Assembly (NCBI GenBank): GCA_016124845.1
Contig: WGMW01000055.1
Coordinates: forward strand, 3,163 to 67,162
Length of the DNA stretch: 64,000 bases
DNA from: Flavobacteriales bacterium
GTDB taxonomy: Bacteria; Bacteroidota; Bacteroidia; UBA10329
Direction of reading: 5' to 3'
Positions 1-8,140 of this stretch are shown piece by piece. Position 1 is the stretch's first letter, and every line of letters begins with the position of its first letter. The notes below the pieces were generated by a model. It ran no database searches. It saw only the letters and a program-made list of their open reading frames with translations, and was not told the origin of the DNA. Position numbers and translations under genes: made by a program.

Positions 1-597
1 ATGTTCGATGCGTCAAGGGCTGCCCAACACTTGAAAGGTAATGCTGGAAGACGACAGATGGTAATTGCTCTCGGACAGGCAGATGCCGAATATTGGGGCA
101 ATCAGATTGATACTTCTGGCTCTTGGATTGCATACATGAGCACTAACTCCGCAATAGACCTGGCAAGCCTACCTTTCTGGGTAGACGCAGCTATGTTTGG
201 AGCACAGTTCGACTATTATCAGGTCAATGCCACTGATTCCATGTCTACATCTCTGGTGTATGTTTCTGCCCTTACAGGGAGTTTGGCCGTTGCTGCTGGT
301 AAAGTTGTATTCGGATGGGTTCCTAAACAAAAAGCAGTAAGTGGATCTACGGCTATTAAAATTGCCACGGCAATCTCGAAGGATCCGGGAATTTTAATTC
401 GACCAAGTTCATCTGGAGGTGTAACAACCCCTGGATTAACTCCTACTAATGCCAAGGTTTACCAATATTGCTGTGATAATGGAGTGCAAGGAGAACTTGT
501 TGCTGATAATGAGAATGATGCATACGATATCCTAAATATTGCTGGGAATCTGATGGGCACACAATGTAGCCTAAGCAGTAATTCAGACGCAAGCTAA
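1..597 (+). CDS. hypothetical protein, 5'-truncated by window edge (last 198 aa)
   Basis: Frame is open from base 1 to TAA at 595-597. I recognise no family motif. The region is visibly AT-richer than the window bulk. Confidence 0.4.
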   Translation: MFDASRAAQHLKGNAGRRQMVIALGQADAEYWGNQIDTSGSWIAYMSTNSAIDLASLPFWVDAAMFGAQFDYYQVNATDSMSTSLVYVSALTGSLAVAAGKVVFGWVPKQKAVSGSTAIKIATAISKDPGILIRPSSSGGVTTPGLTPTNAKVYQYCCDNGVQGELVADNENDAYDILNIAGNLMGTQCSLSSNSDAS

Positions 598-613
598 TTC
601 AATGTTGTAAACA

Positions 614-1024
614 ATGCGATTCTTAACTCTTTTCGCAATTCTTGCATACTGCTTCTCTCCTGCATTTACGTTTGGACAAGGTGTTGAACTGTGTGTAATA
701 TATACTGAATCCCATGCTGAGAATTTTTACTCTACACATATATCTGATATTGAAACTGGCTACCAGCGTGATTCAATAATGTTTTTATTTAAATGTGAAG
801 AAGAATCAGTAATTAATGAGTTCAAAAATTGGGCCCTGTCCAACAACTTTGTTGTTTCTGTTAAATTAAATCCTTTGGAACAGGGTAAATCCGATAGTTG
901 GATTCTGGTGAAACACAAACTCGAGAAGGTGGGATTTTACTATGCATACTTCCTTATCAATAAGGTCGCTGAAAGAAAGTCCGTATTGAAAATTGATGAT
1001 TGTGGGTCAATCGCATACAAGTAA
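614..1024 (+). CDS. small secreted hypothetical protein (136 aa)
   Basis: ATG start. N-terminal hydrophobic signal-like segment MRFLTLFAILAYCFSPAFTFGQ. No recognisable domain. Two 60-nt lines hand-counted at about 32-38% GC. Confidence 0.45.
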   Translation: MRFLTLFAILAYCFSPAFTFGQGVELCVIYTESHAENFYSTHISDIETGYQRDSIMFLFKCEEESVINEFKNWALSNNFVVSVKLNPLEQGKSDSWILVKHKLEKVGFYYAYFLINKVAERKSVLKIDDCGSIAYK

Positions 1025-1084
1025 TGAGTTGAACTCTATGTGGTTAATCGGTCTTTTTGGAAATAATTCAGTTAATCTGAAAGG

Positions 1085-1171
1085 GTTTCTATTTACCTTC
1101 CACCACAGTATTTACATTTGGTTGTGAGAACAGACGGAGAAGTTTACATCGAGAAGATTGTCGTGCAGTAG
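1085..1171 (+). pseudogene. possible relic of a T9SS type-A C-terminal sorting domain (last beta-strands only)
   Basis: My translation reads VSIYLPPQYLHLVVRTDGEVYIEKIVVQ*. It matches the usual CTD tail pattern (L..G.Y.l.v.t..G....Kiv.q, then stop). A stop codon lies 4 codons upstream (1073-1075). It has no start codon and is out of frame with 614-1024. Confidence 0.3.
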
Positions 1172-1195
1172 TTCACGGTCTAAGAATCATCTAAT

Positions 1196-1219
1196 AAAGA
1201 CGCGATTAATCGCGTCTTT
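1196..1219. repeat. intergenic palindrome AAAGACGCGATTAATCGCGTCTTT
   Basis: Perfect inverted repeat read in the sequence. A second family member (GACGCGATTCATCGCGTC) lies at 39527-39544. Confidence 0.8.
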
Positions 1220-1386
1220 ACGATTCGCGAAAATCAGTCCAATCCGTTTCATCCGTGTTCCATTCTCTGTTTCTCTGCGCCTCTGCGTGAAATAAATCTG
1301 TTCCCTTTTTCTTTTCCTGCATTCTATTAGCAAGGACACCCAGATTTCCGGCCGGTTATCAGTCCAAAAACCACCACACACTCCCG

Positions 1387-1404
1387 TCCCGATAATTATC
1401 GGGA
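1387..1404. repeat. intergenic palindrome TCCCGATAATTATCGGGA
   Basis: Perfect 18-nt palindrome, followed by the partial copy GCTATCGGGAGG. It is part of the palindrome-rich 1187-1453 spacer. Confidence 0.75.
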
Positions 1405-1453
1405 GCTATCGGGAGGTGCTGGACAAGGATTGTATTAACCAAAACTCAACATC

Positions 1454-3067
1454 ATGGCTGGACAACAAGAAACACCAAGACAGAAAATGATCGGGATGAT
1501 GTATCTCGTTCTAACCGCGCTGCTGGCGCTCAACATTTCCAAAGACATTCTCGATGCGTTTGTCATTGTGAACCAGAGCCTTGCGGCAAGCTCCGAAACA
1601 ACGGGCAAAAAGATGAATGCGCTCTACACCGATTTCGATCTGGCTATGGCCATCGACTCAGAAAAAGTGGGTCAATATTGGGACCGTTCGCAAAAGGCGC
1701 GCGAAAAGGCGCAGGAGCTCAACACGTTCATCGATAGCGTTAAAACCACACTCATTTCCAAAACGGAGAAGGTTGAGCGAAGCGTTGCCGATACCATGAG
1801 CATGGGCAGCCTTTCCAAAAAGGACGATTACGACATCCCAACCAATATTCTTGTAGGAGAGAAGGAAAATGGCTCCGGTGGTTTGGCAAATGTGCTCAAA
1901 ACCAAAATTGCCGAGTACCAAAGTTCCATGCGCGAACTGTTGAGCGAAGGCGACAAGCAGTTTTTCAATGAGCGCATCGACCTCTCAGACCGCAAGTTGG
2001 CTGATCAGACCTCAACCTGGGAAACCAACAACTTTTATCACACACCGCTGGTGGCTTCGTTGGTCATTCTCTCCAAACTGCAAATGGATGTGGCAGATGT
2101 AGAATATGATGTGGTGAGCAAACTCTACCGCTCATTCAACAAGAAGGATTTCTTCTTCGACACCATTGCAGCAACCGTTTTGCCGCAAAGCAATTATGTG
2201 CTGCTGGGAGAAGAATATCAGTCGGACATCATTGTGGCGGCTTACAGCAGGACCAAATCACCGACCGTGAAAATCGGCAAACTCAATGAGGAAGGAAATG
2301 CGCTGGTATCGTTCGAGGACACGGTCTATACAGAAAACGGGAAGGGCATTTTCAGAAAACGCGCCACTGTCGAAGGGATTTTCACCTATGAAGGAATGGT
2401 TGATCTTGTGAACAGCGAAGGAGAAACGCAGAGTTATCCTTTCCGCTCGGAATACATCGTAGCAAGGCCATCGCTTGTGGTTTCCCCTACCAAGATGAAC
2501 GTGCTGTATCGGGGAATCGAGAACCCTGTAGATATTTCCGTGCCAGGTGTTCCATCCGAGAACATCATAGCCACCATTTCAGGCGGTCATCAACTGATTA
2601 AAAAATCAAACGGTAAGTACGTAGCGAAAATGAAGGCCCAGCCAGGCTCTGAAGCAAGCATCTCCGTGTCCGCAAGAATGGCTGACGGAAGCGTTCGCCA
2701 AATGGGAAAAATGGAATTTAGGGTGAAACGGCTTCCACGTCCGTTTGCTTATTGGGGGTTTGTGGACCCGGATAAAAGGATGTCGAGTCAGAGCGCGAAG
2801 GCCTCGCAAGGTCTTGTGGTACGATACGATGATAGCTTTGTTTTTAATCTCAACTGTACCGCAAGAAAGTTCAGGGTTCTTGTGGTTGACAATCGAGGAG
2901 AAGTAGTTGGTCGTTCAACAAACTATGGTGCAAGATTTAACAATGAGACACAGGAACTCTTAAATAAAGTAAAAAGAGGCTTCAAGGTGTACTTCCTCGG
3001 AATAAAAGCCGTTGGAGATGATGGAGTTGAGCACGATTTGGGTGACATCGTTGAAGAAATTATTTAA
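1454..3067 (+). CDS. gldM: GldM family gliding-motility / T9SS motor protein (537 aa)
   Basis: The N-terminus MAGQQETPRQKMIGMMYLVLTALLALNISKD matches the conserved GldM TM helix. The C-terminal part has the motifs KMNVLYRGIENPVDISVPG and FRVKRLPRP typical of GldM Ig-like domains. The length is right for the family. Confidence 0.85.
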   Translation: MAGQQETPRQKMIGMMYLVLTALLALNISKDILDAFVIVNQSLAASSETTGKKMNALYTDFDLAMAIDSEKVGQYWDRSQKAREKAQELNTFIDSVKTTLISKTEKVERSVADTMSMGSLSKKDDYDIPTNILVGEKENGSGGLANVLKTKIAEYQSSMRELLSEGDKQFFNERIDLSDRKLADQTSTWETNNFYHTPLVASLVILSKLQMDVADVEYDVVSKLYRSFNKKDFFFDTIAATVLPQSNYVLLGEEYQSDIIVAAYSRTKSPTVKIGKLNEEGNALVSFEDTVYTENGKGIFRKRATVEGIFTYEGMVDLVNSEGETQSYPFRSEYIVARPSLVVSPTKMNVLYRGIENPVDISVPGVPSENIIATISGGHQLIKKSNGKYVAKMKAQPGSEASISVSARMADGSVRQMGKMEFRVKRLPRPFAYWGFVDPDKRMSSQSAKASQGLVVRYDDSFVFNLNCTARKFRVLVVDNRGEVVGRSTNYGARFNNETQELLNKVKRGFKVYFLGIKAVGDDGVEHDLGDIVEEII

Positions 3068-3077
3068 GAACTGGGAG

Positions 3078-3770
3078 ATGAAGAAGGGAAGAATGTGGAT
3101 GCTGGGAGTGCTGTCTTTAGTGGTTGTGATTTCCCAATCAGGTTGCTCGCAGACCAAGTTGAATTATGACGAGGTTAAAGAGGGGATCAGTAAGAGAAAG
3201 TCAGAGCTAAGTCGCGCTTACAGCGACCCAAAGTGTGATAAGGATTCTGTCGTGCGCTGTGCGCAGCAGTTCCTTTTCACCACCATGACGGCAAAGGTTT
3301 TTCCTTGCTGGTACGGAACCAAATGGGATTACAACGGCACCACCGAAAAACCACGAACGGGTCATATTGCCTGTGGCTATTTCGTTACCACGACTATGCG
3401 TGATCTAGGGTTTCGTATTCCGCGCGTTCGGTGGGCGCAATTGCCGTCAGAAAGTATGATAAAGGAAATGACCACACCGAGTAACATCAAACGGTATCGG
3501 TTTGCCGATATCAAGCATATTGAAAGCGAAATATTTGCTTGGGGCGATGGCCTGTACGTGGTTGGTATGGATAATCACACTGGCTACATCGTGAACCATG
3601 GTGGCAAGTGCCAGTTTGTGCACTCGTATTTCTTCAATTGGTCGGGAGGCGTGGTTTCGGAAAACTTGGACACGAACAATCCGTTGCGGTCTTCAGAATA
3701 CCGCGTGATCGGCAAAATCCTCACGAAGGAAATGGTTCGAAAATGGTTGTTGTCTGAACGGTTTCCGTAA
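3078..3770 (+). CDS. lipoprotein with NlpC/P60-like (C40) Cys/His motifs
   Basis: Start trimmed to ATG 3078, giving MKKGRMWMLGVLSLVVVISQSGCSQ (a lipobox). GHIACGYFVTTTMRDLGFRIPR resembles the DCSG...G..lPR motif. NHTGYIVNHGGKCQFVHS resembles HvGiyig.g.fiHa. Confidence 0.55.
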   Translation: MKKGRMWMLGVLSLVVVISQSGCSQTKLNYDEVKEGISKRKSELSRAYSDPKCDKDSVVRCAQQFLFTTMTAKVFPCWYGTKWDYNGTTEKPRTGHIACGYFVTTTMRDLGFRIPRVRWAQLPSESMIKEMTTPSNIKRYRFADIKHIESEIFAWGDGLYVVGMDNHTGYIVNHGGKCQFVHSYFFNWSGGVVSENLDTNNPLRSSEYRVIGKILTKEMVRKWLLSERFP

Positions 3771-3771
3771 T

Positions 3772-4806
3772 CTATTTCACACTCACCAACGGAGCGGCGG
3801 CTTCGGTCATCGCTCCGATTTTCCAAATGGTTTGATCCTGTGATTTTGCCAGTTCGAGGAGTTCGGTTTCGGATTCTGGCTGAACGCAGATCAGCAATCC
3901 GCCACTTGTCTGCGGGTCGCAGAGCGTGAAGAGTTGTTCGCCACTCAATTGACTGACCTTCGAAGAGTACGTGCTGAAATTCTTCATCGTCATGTCGGGG
4001 TAGATGAACTGGTCGAGGTACGTTTTCAGGTTCTCAATGAGCGGAACATCTGCGTAGTTGATACTTGCCGAAACACCACTTCCTTCGCAAACTTCGATCA
4101 AATGCCCAAGAAGCCCAAAACCCGTGATGTCCGTCATGGCGGTTACGCCAGCTAATTTGGAGGCAACGGCACCAAACCGATTCAGCGTTTTCATTTGCTC
4201 CACGGCACGTTGATGGTCGGCCACGTCAGCCTTTCCGCGTTTCTGTGCCGCACTCAGAATTCCAACGCCCAAAGGCTTTGTCAAATAGAGCAGATCGCCA
4301 GCCTTTGCGGCATCATTTCGCTTCAATTTTTCAAACGAAACTCTTCCGGTTACCGAAAGACCAAAGATGGGTTCGGGCGAATCTATGCTGTGTCCGCCAG
4401 CCAATGGAATGCCCGCTTTTTCGCAGATGGAACGCGCGCCTTCCATCACTTTTTGCGCAACCGAAGTGGGAAGTTTATCCACTGGCCAACCGAGCAGTGC
4501 AATGGCCATTAAAGGCTCTCCGCCCATGGCGTAAACATCCGATAGCGCATTGGCCGAAGCGATCGCTCCGAAATCGAAAGCATCATCCACAATTGGCATG
4601 AAGAAATCGGCTGTGCTGATAATGGCCTCTTCATCGTTTATCTTATAAACAGCTGCATCATCTTTGGTGGTGTTTCCGACCAACAGATTCGGGAATTCTG
4701 TAGGTGTGCGATCTGATTGCAGGATCTGCTCCAACACTTGCGGAGAGATTTTGCAGCCGCAACCAGAGCCGTGCGAAAATTGGGTCAGTTTAATGTCTTC
4801 ATTCAT
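3772..4806 (-). CDS. selD: selenide, water dikinase SelD (Cys-type)
   Basis: The N-terminus KLTQFSHGSGCGCKISPQVL is the SelD glycine-rich Cys/Lys motif. An AIR-synthase-like fold is present throughout. Length 344 aa. Confidence 0.92.
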   Translation of the reverse strand: MNEDIKLTQFSHGSGCGCKISPQVLEQILQSDRTPTEFPNLLVGNTTKDDAAVYKINDEEAIISTADFFMPIVDDAFDFGAIASANALSDVYAMGGEPLMAIALLGWPVDKLPTSVAQKVMEGARSICEKAGIPLAGGHSIDSPEPIFGLSVTGRVSFEKLKRNDAAKAGDLLYLTKPLGVGILSAAQKRGKADVADHQRAVEQMKTLNRFGAVASKLAGVTAMTDITGFGLLGHLIEVCEGSGVSASINYADVPLIENLKTYLDQFIYPDMTMKNFSTYSSKVSQLSGEQLFTLCDPQTSGGLLICVQPESETELLELAKSQDQTIWKIGAMTEAAAPLVSVK

Positions 4807-4862
4807 TTTTATCGATGCTGTTCCGTTTGTATGTGCAATTGTGCAAACATCTTTTTGGCCAT

Positions 4863-4930
4863 AGAAACACAGATTTCCACAGAGGTTTTCGCAGAAACAA
4901 GAAATATATCTGTGTCAGTTCTGTGTTTCT
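4863..4930. repeat. intergenic CACAGAG/CTCTGTG-type repeat with long-range inverted arms
   Basis: AGAAACACAGA (4863-4873) pairs with TCTGTGTTTCT (4920-4930). The related string CTCTGTTTCTCTGCGCCTCTGCGTG lies at about 1265-1289. Confidence 0.6.
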
Positions 4931-4949
4931 CTGTGCTTCAGTGGCTATT

Positions 4950-5978
4950 TCATGTAGAATTGGCCCAAGCAATCAGTTTTTGGGCGTCTTCCTTCAGGTT
5001 TTTGCCCTCCAATTCCAGTATAGTTGGTTCGTGTGTCAGGTACTTTTCCTGACTGAAACGATAACGTTTATCGTAGTACGTCAGAAGCAGTTCGGCCACC
5101 GCGTGGAGGTTTCCATTTTCCAAAAACTCCAGCGCAGCATTCATGTGCTGCCCACCCAGTTTCTGCTGCAATTTTCGGATGCTTTTCTCTAACGCTTCTT
5201 TCGGAGCATTTCCGTAGTCATTCACCAGCCGTTGGATGCGCTTTTCCAACGGAACGTCAATATGAACTACGGTCGAAACATTCATTTTCTGCCAAAGCGA
5301 TTGCGGCAGATACGCCTTGCCGATGGTCATGCCTTCGCGCTCGATCCAAATGCGTTTGTTCAAATCCAACGCACGCAAATGCGCAAACAGGTCATTCTGA
5401 AACTGCTGCGAACTCGGTTGTTCTGGCAGACCGATGTTCCCGAAGGCAGAACCTTTGTGGTTGGCCAGACCTTCGAGGTCAAGGATCTGTTCTCCAGCAG
5501 CTTTCAGTTCATGAAGCAGATCGGTTTTTCCACTTCCTGTCGGGCCATCAATTACAATCAGATTTTCGAGATGCGCGAAAGCCGAAAGCGCCTCATTTCG
5601 GAAAGCCTTGTAACCACCGGTAAGTACGGAGCATTGCACTCCGTTCTCCTCAAACCACCAAGCGGTTCGGTTGCTCCGCATGCCACCTCGCCAGCAATAC
5701 ACGCCCAATTGGCCGTTGATGGCAGCGGCTTTTGCAGCATCGGCCAAAGCCGCCATTTTCGGTTCCACGAACTCCATTCCCTTGTCAATGGCTGGCTGTT
5801 GTCCCTTCTGTTTGTAGATGGTTCCTACAATGGCGCGTTCATCATCCGCAAACAGCGGAATGTTGATGGCACCGGGAATGTGTCCCGCAGCAAATTCGCT
5901 GGGTGAACGGACATCGACCACATTCAGATTGATGGTCTGGTCAAGAAATTGGGATGCGGGCAGGTATTCCATTGTCAA
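4950..5978 (-). CDS. selU: tRNA 2-selenouridine synthase (rhodanese + P-loop)
   Basis: Rhodanese domain with active-site CWRGGMRS. P-loop GPTGSGKT. Length 342 aa. Lies adjacent to selD. Confidence 0.9.
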   Translation of the reverse strand: MTMEYLPASQFLDQTINLNVVDVRSPSEFAAGHIPGAINIPLFADDERAIVGTIYKQKGQQPAIDKGMEFVEPKMAALADAAKAAAINGQLGVYCWRGGMRSNRTAWWFEENGVQCSVLTGGYKAFRNEALSAFAHLENLIVIDGPTGSGKTDLLHELKAAGEQILDLEGLANHKGSAFGNIGLPEQPSSQQFQNDLFAHLRALDLNKRIWIEREGMTIGKAYLPQSLWQKMNVSTVVHIDVPLEKRIQRLVNDYGNAPKEALEKSIRKLQQKLGGQHMNAALEFLENGNLHAVAELLLTYYDKRYRFSQEKYLTHEPTILELEGKNLKEDAQKLIAWANST

Positions 5979-6019
5979 TGATCAGCGAAGCTATTTCTTT
6001 ATCGGCTCAATTGCCAAGC

Positions 6020-8140
6020 ATGCAGAAAAGGATTGCCGCAGAAGTCGGATGCTGCCCAGAGCAGGTGGCCAGCACGTTGAAATTGTTGGAAGGAGGTGCC
6101 ACGGTTCCGTTCATTTCGCGTTATCGGAAAGAAGCCACAGGCGGATTGGACGAGGTACAGATCGGGAACATTAAGGATCTGCATGAGCGACTGTTGGAAC
6201 TGGAAAAGCGGAGAGAAACCATTCTTGCTTCGCTGAAAGAGCAGGATGTGCTAACGCGAGAGCTTCGCGAGAAAGTGGAAGCGGCCGCAACGCTTCAGGA
6301 GTTGGAAGACCTCTATTTGCCGTATCGCCCGAAGCGGAAAACGCGCGCTACCAAAGCCAAGGAATTGGGATTGGAGCCACTGGCCAAAATCCTCATGGCT
6401 CAGAACGAACGGTTCCCAGAAACGGCCGCAGCGCGTTTTGTGAAAGGCGAGGTCGGTTCGGTGGAAGAGGCGTTGCAAGGCGCTCGCGACATCATGGCGG
6501 AATGGATGAATGAGAATGCTGCATTACGTTCGAGACTTCGACAGTTGTTCTTGAAGGAAGCAACGATCTCATCCAAAGGTGTAAAAGGAAAGGAAGAGGA
6601 AGGCGAGAAATTCCGTGATTATTTCAAGCATGAGGAACAGCTGAGACGCGTTCCATCGCATCGGTTTTTGGCGATGATGCGAGGAGAAAAAGAAGGATTC
6701 TTGCGCGTCTCCATTGCACCTACGGAAGAAAGTGCGTTGCAGATACTGGAACGCTTTTTTGTGAAAGGTCACACGGCAAGTTCGGACGAGGTTCGAACAG
6801 TGGCCAAAGACGCCTACAAACGGTTGCTGCAACCATCACTCGAAACGGAAATGCGCAGCACATTCAAAGAGCAATCGGACGAGCAGGCCATCAAGGTGTT
6901 TGCAGAAAATCTACGGCAATTATTGATGCTTCCGCCATTGGGCGAAAAACGTGTGCTGGCCATCGACCCTGGTTACAGAACGGGTTGCAAAGTGGTCTGT
7001 CTTTCGGCACAAGGCGACCTGCTGCACAACGAGAATATCTATCCGCATCCACCACGGAATGAGCGTTCGCAGGCCATTAAAAAGCTGTCAACGTTGGTGG
7101 AGCAGCACAAGATCGAGGCGATCGCCATCGGAAACGGAACGGCAAGCCGTGAAACGGAAGCATTGGTCAAAAGCATCCATTTCGACAGAAAAGTGCAGCT
7201 TTTTGTGGTGAATGAAGCGGGCGCTTTGGTGTATTCCGCCAGCAAAGTGGCGCGCGATGAGTTTCCGCAATATGACGTGACGGTGCGTGGAGCGGTGAGC
7301 ATTGGTCGTAGGCTGATCGACCCATTGGCGGAATTGGTGAAGATCGACCCATCAGCAATTGGTGTTGGACAGTACCAGCATGATGTCGATCAAAAGATGC
7401 TGAAAACCTCGCTCGACCGTGTGACGGAAAGCTGTGTGAATCAGGTTGGCGTAAATCTCAACACAGCAAGTCAATATTTGCTGAATCAGGTGTCTGGACT
7501 TGGGCCGCAATTAGCGGAGAACATTCTCGAATACCGAAAGCAGAATGGTCCGTTTTCATCGCGTGAGCAACTAAAAGAAGTTCCCCGATTAGGTGCCAAA
7601 GCATTTGAACAGGCCGCAGGGTTCTTGCGGATCTCTGACGGGAAAAATCCATTGGACAATTCAGCCGTTCACCCAGAAAGCTATTCCATTGTAAAGCGAA
7701 TGGCCAAAGACCTGAAGGTTTCGGTGGATGAGTTGCTTGGAAATGAGGAATTGGTCAACGCGATCAACCTCTCCAATTACGTTACTGCCGAGGTCGGTCT
7801 GCCAACGCTGGAAGACATCAAAGAAGAGTTGCTAAAACCCGGTCGCGACCCAAGACGCATCATCAAATTATTTGAGTTTGATGAGAACATCAAATCCATC
7901 AACGACCTCATTCCGGGAATGGAATTGCCCGGAATAGTCACGAACATCACCGCATTCGGAGCGTTCGTGGACGTGGGCGCGAAGCAGGACGGTCTGGTGC
8001 ATATTTCGCAATTGGCAGATGGTTTTGTGAAGAATCCGACCGATGTGGTTTCTGTACATCAGCACGTGAAAGTGCGTGTGTTGGATGTAGATGTTCCGCG
8101 AAAGCGCATTTCCCTCTCCATGAAAGGCCTTAACGGATAA
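6020..8140 (+). CDS. tex: Tex-like transcription accessory protein (S1 domain at C-terminus)
   Basis: MQKRIAAEVGCCPEQVASTLKLLEGGATVPFISRYRKE matches the Tex N-terminus. YqgF/RuvC-like and HhH regions are present. The C-terminal S1 domain reads GIVTNITAFGAFVDVGAKQDGLVHISQL. The start is uncertain, with 5978 or 5954 as alternatives. Confidence 0.88.
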   Translation: MQKRIAAEVGCCPEQVASTLKLLEGGATVPFISRYRKEATGGLDEVQIGNIKDLHERLLELEKRRETILASLKEQDVLTRELREKVEAAATLQELEDLYLPYRPKRKTRATKAKELGLEPLAKILMAQNERFPETAAARFVKGEVGSVEEALQGARDIMAEWMNENAALRSRLRQLFLKEATISSKGVKGKEEEGEKFRDYFKHEEQLRRVPSHRFLAMMRGEKEGFLRVSIAPTEESALQILERFFVKGHTASSDEVRTVAKDAYKRLLQPSLETEMRSTFKEQSDEQAIKVFAENLRQLLMLPPLGEKRVLAIDPGYRTGCKVVCLSAQGDLLHNENIYPHPPRNERSQAIKKLSTLVEQHKIEAIAIGNGTASRETEALVKSIHFDRKVQLFVVNEAGALVYSASKVARDEFPQYDVTVRGAVSIGRRLIDPLAELVKIDPSAIGVGQYQHDVDQKMLKTSLDRVTESCVNQVGVNLNTASQYLLNQVSGLGPQLAENILEYRKQNGPFSSREQLKEVPRLGAKAFEQAAGFLRISDGKNPLDNSAVHPESYSIVKRMAKDLKVSVDELLGNEELVNAINLSNYVTAEVGLPTLEDIKEELLKPGRDPRRIIKLFEFDENIKSINDLIPGMELPGIVTNITAFGAFVDVGAKQDGLVHISQLADGFVKNPTDVVSVHQHVKVRVLDVDVPRKRISLSMKGLNG

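Noticed and set aside
1187-1381. A 64-aa minus-strand ORF (…RKDAINRVFIR).
   Set aside because: It is built entirely from the intergenic palindromes and repeats (GACGCGATTAATCGCGTC and the CTCTG repeats). This is the classic way such elements yield spurious ORFs.
3772-5978. Selenocysteine decoding (in-frame TGA selenoprotein genes or a tRNA-Sec) near selD.
   Set aside because: SelD itself uses Cys. The two tRNAs in the window are CAT and GTT anticodon species. I saw no ORF pair that looked like a TGA-interrupted gene.
5954-6019. A longer Tex start (ATG 5954 or 5978) that would overlap the selU start region.
   Set aside because: The conserved Tex N-terminus begins at MQKRIAAEV. The longer forms would overlap the divergent selU coding start. 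The exact start remains uncertain.
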